A stretch of DNA of 58,273 nt. It comes from Bacteroidota bacterium. Its GTDB lineage: Bacteria; Bacteroidota; Bacteroidia; JABEUT01. Position numbers and translations under genes: made by a program. The stretch spans positions 1-58,273 of the forward strand of contig JABDGY010000005.1 in the NCBI GenBank assembly GCA_013285805.1, read 5' to 3'. The number at the start of each line of letters is the position of its first letter. Position 1 is the first letter of the stretch. Of the stretch, positions 10,638 to 21,454 are shown piece after piece. The notes under the pieces are model-generated. The model was given only the letters and a program-made list of their open reading frames with translations, was not told where the DNA came from and ran no database searches.

Positions 10638-12527
10638 ATGAACCTGTTATCTATAGAAAACCTGACCAAAGCATACGGAGATAAGCAACTATTCTCCTCC
10701 ATAAGCTTTGGTATTGAGCAGGGGCAACGTGTGGCATTGGTTGCACGCAATGGTGCAGGTAAGTCAACTTTGCTAAGGATAATAAGCGGAAAAGATATAG
10801 CCGACGGCGGTTTGGTTACTTTCCGGAACGATATACGTGTTTCTTTTCTTGATCAGGATCCTGAGTTTAAAAAGGGCGATACTGTTTACAAAGCCTTGTT
10901 CCATTCAGAAAATGCAATGCAAAAGGCCATAAGCAGTTATGAAATTGCATTAGAGAAGCATGAAGAAAATCCTTCTGCCGAGAATCAGAAGAAACTGGAA
11001 GATGCCATGCAACAGGTAGAAACCCATGACGCATGGAACTATGAAAGTAAGGTAAAGCAGATATTATCATCACTCAACATACATCATTTAGAACAGAATG
11101 TAGATTCACTTTCAGGTGGCGAGCTTAAAAGGCTTGCGCTGGCACGAGTGCTGATTGAAGAGCCTCAATTACTGATTATGGATGAGCCTACCAACCACCT
11201 TGACCTTGATATGATTGAGTGGCTGGAAAATTACTTTGTACGCAACAATGTTTCATTATTGGTTGTAACTCACGACAGGTACTTTTTAGATAATGTGTGC
11301 ACCGATATACTGGAACTGGATAACCTTACCTTATACAGGTATAAAGGCAACTACGAGTATTTTATAGAGAAGAAAGCAGAACGCGAATTCAATGAATCTA
11401 AAGAATTAGATAGGGCAAAAAACCTGTTCAGGCGTGAACTGGAATGGGTGCGTAAAATGCCAAGGGCAAGGGGCACAAAATCGAAGTCGAGGGTTGATGC
11501 ATTTAATAAACTCAATGATTCGCTTTCAGGCAGAAAAAAGCAGCAGGAGTTGCAGCTAAGTGTGAAGATGAACCGTATTGGCGGTAAGATACTTGAACTG
11601 AAAAAAGTAACTAAAAGCCATGGTGATAAACTAATATTAAAGGGATTCGACTATACTTTTAAAGCCGGCGAACGCATTGGTATTGCAGGCAAAAACGGAG
11701 TTGGCAAAACCACTTTTCTTAATATAATTACCGGCTTGGAACAAGCTGATTCAGGCAAGATAAATGTGGGAGAAACCATAGTATTCGGCTATTTCTCGCA
11801 AAAAGGCATTGAGCTGAAAAACGATAAACGGGTTATAGAAGTTATAAAAGAAGTAGGCGACTTTATTCCTATGGGCGATGGCTCAAAGTTATCTGCCGGG
11901 CAATTGCTACAATTGTTCCAGTTTCCACCCGAAATGCAATACACTTATGTTTCGAAATTAAGCGGTGGAGAAAAGAAAAGGCTTTACCTACTTACCATAC
12001 TGATGAAGAATCCGAACTTCCTGATACTCGATGAGCCCACTAACGACCTTGACCTTATTACATTAAGTACGCTGGAACAGTTCCTGTTGGATTTCAAAGG
12101 TTGTTTGATGATTGTATCTCACGACCGCTACTTTATGGATAAATTAGCTGATGAGCTATTTATACTTACAGGAAACGGTGAGGTGAAAATCTTCTATGGT
12201 TCTTACACTGACTTCAGAGAGTTTGAAAAAGAAAGCGAGAAACTGGAAGCGCAGCAAGCAAAAGAGGTTGAAGCCGAAGTGCAAATTGAAGCCACTACCG
12301 ACAAGACAAAAAGAAAACTAAGCTATAAGGAGAAGTTCGAGTTTGAAAATCTCTTTAAAGAGATTGAAAAACTGGAAAAGCAAAAAAGTCAGCTTGTTGA
12401 AAAACTTAACAATGCGACCAGTAATCATGAAGAGTTACTCCGTATATCTAGCGAACTGGGTGAAACCACCAAAGCCTTAGATGAAAAGCAATTGCGCTGG
12501 CTCGAACTAAGTGAATTTGCTGAATAA
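10638..12527 (+). CDS. ABC-F family ATPase (Uup/YfmR-like)
   Basis: Two NBDs (NGAGKST/LSGGE/DEPTNHLD and NGVGKTT/LSGGE/DEPTNDLD), no TM segments, C-terminal coiled coil KRKLSYKE. Confidence 0.92.
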   Translation: MNLLSIENLTKAYGDKQLFSSISFGIEQGQRVALVARNGAGKSTLLRIISGKDIADGGLVTFRNDIRVSFLDQDPEFKKGDTVYKALFHSENAMQKAISSYEIALEKHEENPSAENQKKLEDAMQQVETHDAWNYESKVKQILSSLNIHHLEQNVDSLSGGELKRLALARVLIEEPQLLIMDEPTNHLDLDMIEWLENYFVRNNVSLLVVTHDRYFLDNVCTDILELDNLTLYRYKGNYEYFIEKKAEREFNESKELDRAKNLFRRELEWVRKMPRARGTKSKSRVDAFNKLNDSLSGRKKQQELQLSVKMNRIGGKILELKKVTKSHGDKLILKGFDYTFKAGERIGIAGKNGVGKTTFLNIITGLEQADSGKINVGETIVFGYFSQKGIELKNDKRVIEVIKEVGDFIPMGDGSKLSAGQLLQLFQFPPEMQYTYVSKLSGGEKKRLYLLTILMKNPNFLILDEPTNDLDLITLSTLEQFLLDFKGCLMIVSHDRYFMDKLADELFILTGNGEVKIFYGSYTDFREFEKESEKLEAQQAKEVEAEVQIEATTDKTKRKLSYKEKFEFENLFKEIEKLEKQKSQLVEKLNNATSNHEELLRISSELGETTKALDEKQLRWLELSEFAE

Positions 12528-12529
12528 GC

Positions 12530-13051
12530 CTACTTGCTCTTATTCAAAACAAAAACAGAAAACTTCTCAAACTTACCGGTATACACAAAACCATTTCGTT
12601 CCAATAATTTAAGAGAAGCCTCATTATCAGGATATGTTTCAGCGCCTATTGAATTAAGATTAAGCGTATTGAATCCGTAATCAATAACCTTTACAATTGC
12701 TTCATTCATAATTCCCCTACCCTTCCATTCAGGCAATAACTCGTAACCTATTTCGGCCTTATCTTTATTCTCACTGAACTGCCAAAGACAAACCGTACCA
12801 ATTATCTTATCATTATTTCCTATTGTTATTCCCCACAAAACCGATTCATTGTTGGCTATAAATTTGGTTATTCTTTCAATGAATTGCCCTGCATCTTCAA
12901 CTGTTTTAGCTGGTTGCCTGTCAACATATTTCCCAACAATTTCATTAGACCGGATAGCGAAAAGTTCATTCGCGTCATTATAAGTTAACTGCCTTAACAC
13001 AAGGCGCTTGGTGATAAGTACAGGAAAAGGACAGAAACTAATCACATTCAT
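12530..13051 (-). CDS. GNAT acetyltransferase, RimJ/RimL family
   Basis: TKRLVLR, AEIGYEL...GRGIMNEA and N.AS..LLE..GF. Confidence 0.88.
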   Translation of the reverse strand: MNVISFCPFPVLITKRLVLRQLTYNDANELFAIRSNEIVGKYVDRQPAKTVEDAGQFIERITKFIANNESVLWGITIGNNDKIIGTVCLWQFSENKDKAEIGYELLPEWKGRGIMNEAIVKVIDYGFNTLNLNSIGAETYPDNEASLKLLERNGFVYTGKFEKFSVFVLNKSK

Positions 13052-13054
13052 TTT

Positions 13055-14284
13055 TTATTTGTTTACTGAACATAACTTGCCTGCTATAAACCCCGTGGTC
13101 CATGCTGCCTGGAAATTAAAACCGCCTGTAACCCCGTCAATATCCAACACTTCGCCTGCAAAATACATTCCCGGGCATGCTTTGCTTTCCATTGTATCCA
13201 TTGATACATTACTTAAACTTACTCCACCGCAGGTAACAAACTCTTCTTTAAAAGTTGTCTTCCCTTCTACCTTATATTCATCATTCACCAAAGTATTCAA
13301 CAATCTGTTTCGGTTCTTTTTACCTAGCTCACCTAATTGTACTTCAGGGTCTATCTCCAATTTGGAAAGTAAAAAGAGATAAAGTCTATTTGGTAATTTA
13401 AACAAATTACTGTTGCTCATTTTTTTCATGGGGTGTGCTTCTGCTTCTTTCATAAGCATTTCGCGCGCCTGTTCTTCATTTATATCTCCCAGCCAGTTGA
13501 CTTGTATAGTAAAGTTATAATCTAAATCATGTAATACCCTTGCTCCCCAGGCCGAGAGTTTCAGTATGGCCGGACCACTCATTCCCCAATGTGTAATAAG
13601 CAAGGGACCTTCGTTCTTCAATTTCGTGCCGCTCACTTTTACACTCGCATTATCAACCGAAACACCCATGAGCGAAACAATATTTTCATGAGGCATGTTG
13701 AACGTAAACAACGAGGGTACCGGTGGCTCTATTTCATGCCCCAGTTTTTTGAGCCAGTCAAAGCCCTCCTCCTTAGGTGAGCCACCTGTTGCAACAATTA
13801 CTTTATCAACGATAATTTCTTTCTCTCTAAACCTTAACCTGAACTTGTCGCCTTCCTTCTCTATTGCCATTACAGGTTGATGCTTCTCTATTCTTATGCC
13901 CAGTTTATATGTCTCATCTGACAAGCAGTCAATAATAGTCTGTGAACTATCTGTAACAGGAAACATCCGGTTATCCTCTTCTATTTTTAACTTCACTCCC
14001 CTGCTCTCAAACCACTTTACAGTGTCATTGGTATTGAAATAGGCAAAAGCTTTTTTCAGGTATTTCTCCCCACGCGGATAAAACTTCGCCAGTTGCGGAA
14101 CACTGAAACAGGCATGGGTAACATTGCATCTTCCGCCACCTGATACCCTTACTTTAGCCAGTAATTTATCGGCCTTCTCATATATAGTAACCTGGGCATT
14201 CGGGTGATGCGTTTTCGCAGATATAGCCGCAAAGAATCCTGCCGCACCACCGCCTATTACCGCCACATTCAATTCATCTTGCAT
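13055..14284 (-). CDS. HI0933/BaiN/RdsA-family flavoprotein
   Basis: IGGGAAG, KV..SGGGRCN.T, ATGG, LITHWGMSGP, VTCGGV and GE.LD.DG.TGGFNFQ.AW. Confidence 0.92.
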   Translation of the reverse strand: MQDELNVAVIGGGAAGFFAAISAKTHHPNAQVTIYEKADKLLAKVRVSGGGRCNVTHACFSVPQLAKFYPRGEKYLKKAFAYFNTNDTVKWFESRGVKLKIEEDNRMFPVTDSSQTIIDCLSDETYKLGIRIEKHQPVMAIEKEGDKFRLRFREKEIIVDKVIVATGGSPKEEGFDWLKKLGHEIEPPVPSLFTFNMPHENIVSLMGVSVDNASVKVSGTKLKNEGPLLITHWGMSGPAILKLSAWGARVLHDLDYNFTIQVNWLGDINEEQAREMLMKEAEAHPMKKMSNSNLFKLPNRLYLFLLSKLEIDPEVQLGELGKKNRNRLLNTLVNDEYKVEGKTTFKEEFVTCGGVSLSNVSMDTMESKACPGMYFAGEVLDIDGVTGGFNFQAAWTTGFIAGKLCSVNK

Positions 14285-14326
14285 GTGTCAAATATATGGT
14301 ATCTGTTTTTATTGTATCTTTAGTTT

Positions 14327-15973
14327 ATGCGATTAAGAATTACTCTTTTAATAGGCATACTCTGTTTTGGCTTTATCAATATTCTTTTAAGCCAAAGCCC
14401 TCAAATATTGTGGCGCTTTAATACACACGATGAATCATTTGGCAATGCTGCCATTGGAAAGCTTACAGGTGATGGTTCAATCCAAATAGCATTTAGCTGC
14501 TATTGGGGAGATAGTAATATTTATGTGTTAAATGCTGCCGATGGCTCGCTGGTTTGGAAACGAAATATGGGCGGATGCAATGATGCTGCCCCTATAATTT
14601 ATGATGTTGACAGCAGCGGGCAACTTGATGTAATTCTTGCTTCTTCATGCAACCCGGTTCTTACATGCTTTAATGGCAAAAATGGCACAACTAAATGGCA
14701 AACCGCCTTTGGCGGCTCAGATTCTCCACCCTCTATTGCAGATATTGACGGCGACGGAAAACCTGAAATACTTGTCGGGGATTTTGAAGGTTACTTAAAC
14801 TGCTTTACCGCCGATAGCGGAAAATTAAAATGGAGAGTTGCGGTAGATACCAATTCAACTATTGAAGCGTCTCCAGCATTAGTAGACATAAACGGGGACG
14901 GGCATCCTGATATTATAGTTTGTACCTGGGCTTATGGCGGGAACGGAGATAGCACTGCTATATATGCATACGACGGAGTGACACATAAGTTAATCTGGAA
15001 AGACCCAAGGCCCACCGATAAAATATACCACGGAGCTGCTTTCGGTAACATTATTGAAAACGGAAAACCCCAATTAGCCATTTCATCATACGATGGCCAT
15101 GTCTATTTATTAAACGGCCCTAACGATTCACTTATTTGGGCATATCCCACACCGGGATTGGCCTATATAGGAGACCCGGTTGCAATAGGCTCTTTACATA
15201 ACAATGGCCACCTTGATATGGTTTACAGCAATGGTAACGGAGAAGTGGATGCATTGGACAGATTCGGCAATCTTGAATGGTCATTCTTTCTTCCGCTTTA
15301 TGAATCTTCTTTCCGTGGCGCTACACTTGCGGACGTAAATAATGACGACACACTTGATGTTGTATTTGCTGCCAGTGATGGAAAAGTTTATGCCCTGAAT
15401 GGCAGCAATGGTAGCCTGTTGTGGGATATCAACCTTCGGGCCGATTATGGTGATTCTAATTTTACATTGGAACACGGGGCAGTTGTTGCAAGCTTTAAAC
15501 AAGATGATACACTGGACGTATTTGTAGTGGGCGGTTATACCGATTACCCCAATATTCAAAATGACTTTGGCCGTGCTTATGCCCTTAAAATAGGCGTTGG
15601 TACAGGGCCTGACTGGGGCATGTTTCAGCATGATTATACGCGTAGCAACTGTGTTTGTAATCTCTCACCATTTACCGGATTTACCGAAGTAAACACACCA
15701 CAAATTAAAGTGAATGACTACCCTAACCCTTTTTCGCAAACGGTCAACTTTAACATTACACTTGACAGAAGTCTCTTTGTTTCTGTTATAATTTATGATG
15801 AGTTAGGTAAAGCAGTAAAAACCTTTTCGAACAAAACGATTGCGCAAGGCAACTACCAATTCACCTGGAACGGAACAGATAATTCAGGTAATATAGTACC
15901 ACAAGGAGTTTACTATTGCAGAATTTTAGCCGGCAATACTTCTGTGACCAAGAAACTGGTGTTTATACACTAA
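14327..15973 (+). CDS. Secreted FG-GAP/PQQ-like beta-propeller protein with T9SS type A C-terminal domain
   Basis: Signal peptide; repeated D.DGDG..EI and G...W motifs; C-terminal YPNPF...WNG.D..G......GVY.......TKKLV. Confidence 0.8.
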   Translation: MRLRITLLIGILCFGFINILLSQSPQILWRFNTHDESFGNAAIGKLTGDGSIQIAFSCYWGDSNIYVLNAADGSLVWKRNMGGCNDAAPIIYDVDSSGQLDVILASSCNPVLTCFNGKNGTTKWQTAFGGSDSPPSIADIDGDGKPEILVGDFEGYLNCFTADSGKLKWRVAVDTNSTIEASPALVDINGDGHPDIIVCTWAYGGNGDSTAIYAYDGVTHKLIWKDPRPTDKIYHGAAFGNIIENGKPQLAISSYDGHVYLLNGPNDSLIWAYPTPGLAYIGDPVAIGSLHNNGHLDMVYSNGNGEVDALDRFGNLEWSFFLPLYESSFRGATLADVNNDDTLDVVFAASDGKVYALNGSNGSLLWDINLRADYGDSNFTLEHGAVVASFKQDDTLDVFVVGGYTDYPNIQNDFGRAYALKIGVGTGPDWGMFQHDYTRSNCVCNLSPFTGFTEVNTPQIKVNDYPNPFSQTVNFNITLDRSLFVSVIIYDELGKAVKTFSNKTIAQGNYQFTWNGTDNSGNIVPQGVYYCRILAGNTSVTKKLVFIH

Positions 15974-16110
15974 TTGCTATACAAGGCACCTCAAACATTG
16001 TTTAGGCCACCTATTCAACTAATAATTAGCATTATATGCGCTTTATCTCAATTTTTAGTTAATCGTTTTAGATTTCCTGAAAAAGCCTTGGATTTTAGAG
16101 GGTGATTTCA

Positions 16111-16118
16111 TATATTTG
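16111..16118 (+). promoter_or_regulatory. Bacteroidota -7 promoter element (TATATTTG)
   Basis: TAnnTTTG match 20 nt upstream of the 1048-aa gene. Confidence 0.6.
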
Positions 16119-16138
16119 TATTATATAATCTCCCTACT

Positions 16139-19100
16139 ATGAAAAAGTATATTCTTTCTTTTGCTGCATCAATTTTAGTTTCAACCTGCATTTTTGCCCA
16201 GGATTGGAGGGTAATGATGAAAGACCCTACATATAATGTGCATGATGTGCAAAAGGCATTTTATAAATGGTATGCATCTCAGCCCGCAAGGAATAAAGCT
16301 GCTAAAGCCGGCGATGAAGAAGAATCAAACGGCGCGTATACTTTATTTAAACGCTGGGAGGCATTTTATGTGCCCCGTACATTCCCTTCTGGTGTAAGGC
16401 CCAATATAGGCACACTGGAAAAAGAATACCAGACTTTTCTCAGCAGTCAGTATGGCCGTAATAATTCCCATAAACCGGGTTTCAAAGCAGCTTCCGCTTC
16501 CTCTAATTGGTCTTATGTTGGTAATACTGGTGACGCCAACCTATCGGGTGTAGGCCGCGTGAATCATGTTAGGTTTATGCCCGGCAACCCTAATACAATA
16601 TTTGCTTGTACTCCTTCAGGTGGCCTTTGGAAATCGACCAACGCAGGAACTAGCTGGACTACCAATACTGACCAGCTTATAGATATTTCAGTAGATGATA
16701 TTGCCATTAACCCGCTCAACACCAACATTCAGTATATAGCGATGGGAGATGGTGACGGAGGATACGCAGGATTTACACCCAGTACTGTTGGCGTTTTAAA
16801 ATCAACCGACGGCGGCAATACCTGGAACCCTTCAAACCTTTATTTAACCCTGCCAAGCACAGGGCCTACCGCTACAACCATACAACAGCTTCTTATTAAT
16901 CCTGTTGATACGGGAGTATTGTTTGCCGCTGCAACAAATGGTTTATGGTATACTTCAAACGGAGGGCTTACATGGACCAAGGTTATTGCAGGCCACGATA
17001 TAAGAGATGTTGAGTTCATGGCAAAACATACTGATGTAGTTTTTGCTTCCGGCTTCGACGGCACCTTTTGGCGCTCCACTAATTACGGTACTTCTTTCAC
17101 GCAAGTTACCGGTGGCTGGTCTTCATCCGACAGGCTCGAGATAGGCGTTACACCTGCGGACTCTGAATACGTTTATATACTGGCAGGCAATAGCAGTACA
17201 GGCGGATATGACGGCACTTACTTGTCTACTAATGGTGGGATTTCTTTCACTGCCAAATCAACCAGCAGCCTTTCAGTTAACCCTATGGGATGGAACAGTA
17301 ACGGAAGCGATAAAGGCACCGGCCAAGGCTGGTATGATTTATCGATTGCAGTTTCTCCGACAAACAAAGACAGCATAATCATAGGAGGTGTCAACCTATG
17401 GGCTTCTGCAAATTCAGGTACAAGTTTTGGAAGCAAGGCAATTACGTATTGGGATAATAACCCATACGTACACGCAGACATACATTATATAAGCTTTGAA
17501 CCCGGAGGAGGAAAATACTTTATAGTAGGTTGCGACGGTGGCGTGTTCAATGTTGCACTCTCTGGAAGCAGCGCAAACCCTACCGATATAGGTAACAACC
17601 TTGGTATAGCGCAACAATATGGTATTGGTAATTCCCAGCACACTTCTACATTGTTTTTAACTGGCTGGCAGGATAATGGTACAAACCAATCAGCCCCGGT
17701 AAGTACTAACTGGTCACAGGTAGTGGGTGGCGACGGAACCCTATGCTTTATTGATTATACAAACGATAATAACCAATATGCATCTTATCCTGAAGGTACT
17801 TTGTATGCTAATATTGGTGGCAGCGGATTTAATCAAATAACTAATGGCTTACCGGGTAACGGTCCCTGGTTAGTTCCATTCCTCGAAGATCCTAAAACAC
17901 CCAATACTATTTTTTGTGGCTTTACCGATGTTTATAATTCTACCAACCAGGGAAGTAACTGGACAAAGAAGAGTACCTGGGGCGGGTCCAATAGCTTAAG
18001 CCAGATTTCAGCTATCGCGATAGACTCATCAAACAATAGTGATGTATATGCGGCAGGATATTCTAACACATCGGGACTTATAGAATTTACTTCCAACATA
18101 ACTGCAGGAACACCAACATGGACAAACATTACCGGTTCACTTCCTGTAGCAGCAGCAGTTATAAGTGGTATTGCAGTAAATCCTAAAAACCCTGCCCAGG
18201 TTTGGGTTACATTCTCAGGTTATGTTGCAGGCACAAAAGTCTTTTACTCAGCTAATGGAAATACGGCTACCCCCACATGGACTAACATTTCAGCGGGTTT
18301 GCCCAACCTGCCTGTAAACTGTATTACTTATGAAAGCGGAACAGCTAATGGTATTTACATAGGCATTGACGGAGGCGTGTATTACCGCGACAATACTACT
18401 CCGGGCTGGGTTGATTTCAGTAATCAAATGCCAAACGTAGTAGTTCAGCAACTGGCATTTTATAACGCAACTCATACATTAAGGGCTGCTACTTTTGGAC
18501 GTGGTACATGGGCTACACCGCACTGGACCCCTCCGTCATCGGCACCTGTTGCCATGTTTACAGCTTATCCAACCACGTATTGTGTGAATGATACTGTTCA
18601 GTTTACAGATACTTCTTCAAACCAGCCTACCAGCTGGAGTTGGACATTTGCCGGCGGAAACCCTGCAACGTCTACAGCACAGAACCCTGTTGTAGTGTAC
18701 ACTACACCCGGAACCTATTCGGTTTCACTTACTGCAACTAACAGTGCCGGAAGTAATACTGCAAACAAAACCAGTTATATTGTTGTCAACCCGCTGCCCA
18801 CAACACCTAATATTACTCAGTTAGGGCAAACGCTTACATGTAACACAGCAGGCACCACCTATCAGTGGTACTTTGGCGGAGTTCCTATAGCCGGCGCTAC
18901 TTCAAGTACTTATACCGGGTCGCCCACTTTACCGTTAGGTAATTACGAGTGTACCATAACCAATAGTTTTGGATGCAGCTCCGATACAGGTTCGTTTACA
19001 GTGACCACACTTACGGGTATCAATGAATTATCATCCGGCAATAACTTTGTAATTTATCCTAACCCGACCAATGGAAATGTCACTCTATCAGTAAACACAG

Positions 19101-19285
19101 GTAAAGAAGGTGATTACACGTTGGAAATTGCAGATGTATTAGGGAGGACAGTTTATTCAGGCAGCATACATGTTAAAGGCACCTATACCGGCAACATCGA
19201 TTTATCCGGTTATGGCAAAGGAATTTATCTTGTATCGGTTAAAAGCACCGGATTCCTTACGGTAAAGAAAGTAATAGTTTACTAA
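16139..19285 (+). CDS. Secreted BNR/Asp-box (sortilin/GH74-like) beta-propeller protein with PKD domain and T9SS type A CTD
   Basis: Repeated S.[DN]GG.TW Asp-boxes, HADIH, AATFGRG.W, PKD (WSWTF.GG.P..ST.QNP) and C-terminal YPNPT...KGIYLV...KKVIV. Confidence 0.85.
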   Translation: MKKYILSFAASILVSTCIFAQDWRVMMKDPTYNVHDVQKAFYKWYASQPARNKAAKAGDEEESNGAYTLFKRWEAFYVPRTFPSGVRPNIGTLEKEYQTFLSSQYGRNNSHKPGFKAASASSNWSYVGNTGDANLSGVGRVNHVRFMPGNPNTIFACTPSGGLWKSTNAGTSWTTNTDQLIDISVDDIAINPLNTNIQYIAMGDGDGGYAGFTPSTVGVLKSTDGGNTWNPSNLYLTLPSTGPTATTIQQLLINPVDTGVLFAAATNGLWYTSNGGLTWTKVIAGHDIRDVEFMAKHTDVVFASGFDGTFWRSTNYGTSFTQVTGGWSSSDRLEIGVTPADSEYVYILAGNSSTGGYDGTYLSTNGGISFTAKSTSSLSVNPMGWNSNGSDKGTGQGWYDLSIAVSPTNKDSIIIGGVNLWASANSGTSFGSKAITYWDNNPYVHADIHYISFEPGGGKYFIVGCDGGVFNVALSGSSANPTDIGNNLGIAQQYGIGNSQHTSTLFLTGWQDNGTNQSAPVSTNWSQVVGGDGTLCFIDYTNDNNQYASYPEGTLYANIGGSGFNQITNGLPGNGPWLVPFLEDPKTPNTIFCGFTDVYNSTNQGSNWTKKSTWGGSNSLSQISAIAIDSSNNSDVYAAGYSNTSGLIEFTSNITAGTPTWTNITGSLPVAAAVISGIAVNPKNPAQVWVTFSGYVAGTKVFYSANGNTATPTWTNISAGLPNLPVNCITYESGTANGIYIGIDGGVYYRDNTTPGWVDFSNQMPNVVVQQLAFYNATHTLRAATFGRGTWATPHWTPPSSAPVAMFTAYPTTYCVNDTVQFTDTSSNQPTSWSWTFAGGNPATSTAQNPVVVYTTPGTYSVSLTATNSAGSNTANKTSYIVVNPLPTTPNITQLGQTLTCNTAGTTYQWYFGGVPIAGATSSTYTGSPTLPLGNYECTITNSFGCSSDTGSFTVTTLTGINELSSGNNFVIYPNPTNGNVTLSVNTGKEGDYTLEIADVLGRTVYSGSIHVKGTYTGNIDLSGYGKGIYLVSVKSTGFLTVKKVIVY

Positions 19286-19302
19286 GGGAATATATTTAAA
19301 CG

Positions 19303-19358
19303 TGCAGGTTAATAGAGGCATGGACATTCGTTCACCTCTATTAACCTGCAATGTTTTT
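19303..19358. terminator. Inverted repeat between convergent genes, probable (bidirectional) terminator
   Basis: Perfect 16-bp stem TGCAGGTTAATAGAGG / CCTCTATTAACCTGCA with a 16-nt loop, followed by a T-rich tract. Confidence 0.7.
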
Positions 19359-19376
19359 TAATGAGAATTTAAAAGA

Positions 19377-21185
19377 TTACCTTACAATCGTAACACTGCC
19401 AATATAACGGCGGTCATTGCCAAATGCATCTGTCAGCTCAACCAGCCATACATAGGTATCTTCCTGGCACTTGGCGCCTGAGCCATTTTGCACCTTTCCG
19501 TCCCATGGTTTGTTCATGTCAGTACAATGATAGATTTGCTGCCCCCACCTGTCAAAAATCCACATTTCAAAAGTGGTAATACCTTCACCTTTCGGGCCAA
19601 ATAAATCATTAAGCCCGTCGCCGTTAGGGCTGAAAGCATCCGGCATCCAGAAATAATACTGGGGTTCCACATCAATACAATGAGTTGTGGTGTCAATACA
19701 ACCATGTTTATTTGTTACGGCTAACGTTGCACAAAAGGTACCGGGGGTTGAATACGTATGGGTTGGATTTTGTTGTAAGCTTTTACCCGTATCTCCAAAT
19801 GTCCAGAACCATGCGCTTATTCCATATACATCCGTTGACTCATCTGTAAAATTCACAACAGGGTCGGCAATACTCATTGATGTTGGAGAATAGGTAAAAG
19901 CGGCATTGGGTACCTGGTAAACAGTAATCATGTTTGGCACTGACTTGGTTGCTGCACATCCCGCATTTGAGGTAACACCGAGCGTTACGCCATATTTACC
20001 GGGAGTATTATAGCAATGTATTGGATTCTGAATTGTAGAAGTAGAACCATCGCCAAAATTCCAGGTCCAGTCTTTTATACCGCCAATAACAGAAGTAGAA
20101 TCATAGAATTGTACACAAAGCTCGGGGCAGCCGCTCATTGTATCAGGCACAAAATTAACCTTAGGACGTTGGGCTACATTTACCACCACACTGTCGGTAG
20201 CTATACAGGCACCTACCATATCAGCGCTCACAGTATAGGTTGTTGTAACCGTTGGTGTAGCCGTAACTGTTGCACCTGTTGTAGAACTTAAGCCTGTGCC
20301 AGGGCTCCAGGTATAATTTGACCCGCCGGTAGCACTTAAAATAACCCCGCTGCCATTGCAGACTGTAGTATCAGGCAGATTAACCGATAATACCTGGTCG
20401 GCAGCGCATGAAAGGCTTTTGAATTTTAAAAACACCCATGAATCGTATAATGGATTACCGATATCAACTACAGCTACTTTCATATGGTAGCTCTGGCATG
20501 CTACTACAGGTATAGTAGCTGTTAAGGGAACTGTAAGTCCATTGGGTTGAAAATCGTTATATAGGTTACTGGCTGTAGTATGGTTATCCCTGTAATAGGC
20601 AGTGTTGGTCTTGAAGTTTACGTTATTTATAGTAACGGGAGTATTTGTTCCGGGTATAAGCGCAAAGTCCTGGCAGGCATAAGACCCTCCTAAAGGATTA
20701 GGGCCAGATACAAAGAATCCGAAAACATCATTATATCCGCCTATGCCTGTATTGTATTCTTCTGAGCCAAAAACATAAGTTACGTTAAACGTATCGCATT
20801 GCGGTACTATATCAAATTCAATTATGCAAGGGTCATATTGTGATTGCGGACTGCCTAATGCTGCATTAATACATGCATCTGTAGCAGTAGTACCCACTGT
20901 AACAGAAGCACAGCATTGGTTATCGGGGCCTATGGCTTCCTGTATTGTGCCGGTCGATATTAATATACCGCTGTCGATACCCAACTGGGTGAATTGCGCA
21001 TTAAATGTGCCATATTGATTAGCGCCTGAACAATTGAAAGTAAGATTGGTGATTTTAACTCCCGCCCCAAAAAGATAGTTAGAGAAAGTTGGGTTTGAAA
21101 TTCCGCCCGTTACTTTTAACTGGCCATAGGAATTATCGAAAATCAATAATACGGTTAAAACAAAAAGTAATCTTCTGAATGTCAT
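19377..21185 (-). CDS. Choice-of-anchor L / PKD domain protein with gliding-motility-associated (T9SS type B) C-terminal domain
   Basis: YVFGSEEY, NDVFGFF.SGP, two PKD repeats (W.W.FGD) and C-terminal PDAFSPNGDGLND...IFDRWG...WDG. Confidence 0.85.
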   Translation of the reverse strand: MTFRRLLFVLTVLLIFDNSYGQLKVTGGISNPTFSNYLFGAGVKITNLTFNCSGANQYGTFNAQFTQLGIDSGILISTGTIQEAIGPDNQCCASVTVGTTATDACINAALGSPQSQYDPCIIEFDIVPQCDTFNVTYVFGSEEYNTGIGGYNDVFGFFVSGPNPLGGSYACQDFALIPGTNTPVTINNVNFKTNTAYYRDNHTTASNLYNDFQPNGLTVPLTATIPVVACQSYHMKVAVVDIGNPLYDSWVFLKFKSLSCAADQVLSVNLPDTTVCNGSGVILSATGGSNYTWSPGTGLSSTTGATVTATPTVTTTYTVSADMVGACIATDSVVVNVAQRPKVNFVPDTMSGCPELCVQFYDSTSVIGGIKDWTWNFGDGSTSTIQNPIHCYNTPGKYGVTLGVTSNAGCAATKSVPNMITVYQVPNAAFTYSPTSMSIADPVVNFTDESTDVYGISAWFWTFGDTGKSLQQNPTHTYSTPGTFCATLAVTNKHGCIDTTTHCIDVEPQYYFWMPDAFSPNGDGLNDLFGPKGEGITTFEMWIFDRWGQQIYHCTDMNKPWDGKVQNGSGAKCQEDTYVWLVELTDAFGNDRRYIGSVTIVR

Positions 21186-21454
21186 TTTATTCTCTATCCA
21201 GGGTAATAGATGATTTTGAAGTGGCGTAAATACTAAATAAAAATTAATTACCCGTTAAATTTGTATTAAATATCAAAATTCATAAGGTTTTTGCATCTGT
21301 TACCTAATGATAATTCGGCATTTATGCGATTCTACCCTACACTAAAGTTTCCTAAGGATAACGAGCGTATTTAATGGTTCTGCCCATATAATTAAGTATC
21401 GACATTAGAAATATTATAGCTATAATCTCTATCTTTGCCTTGAACCAGCATTTA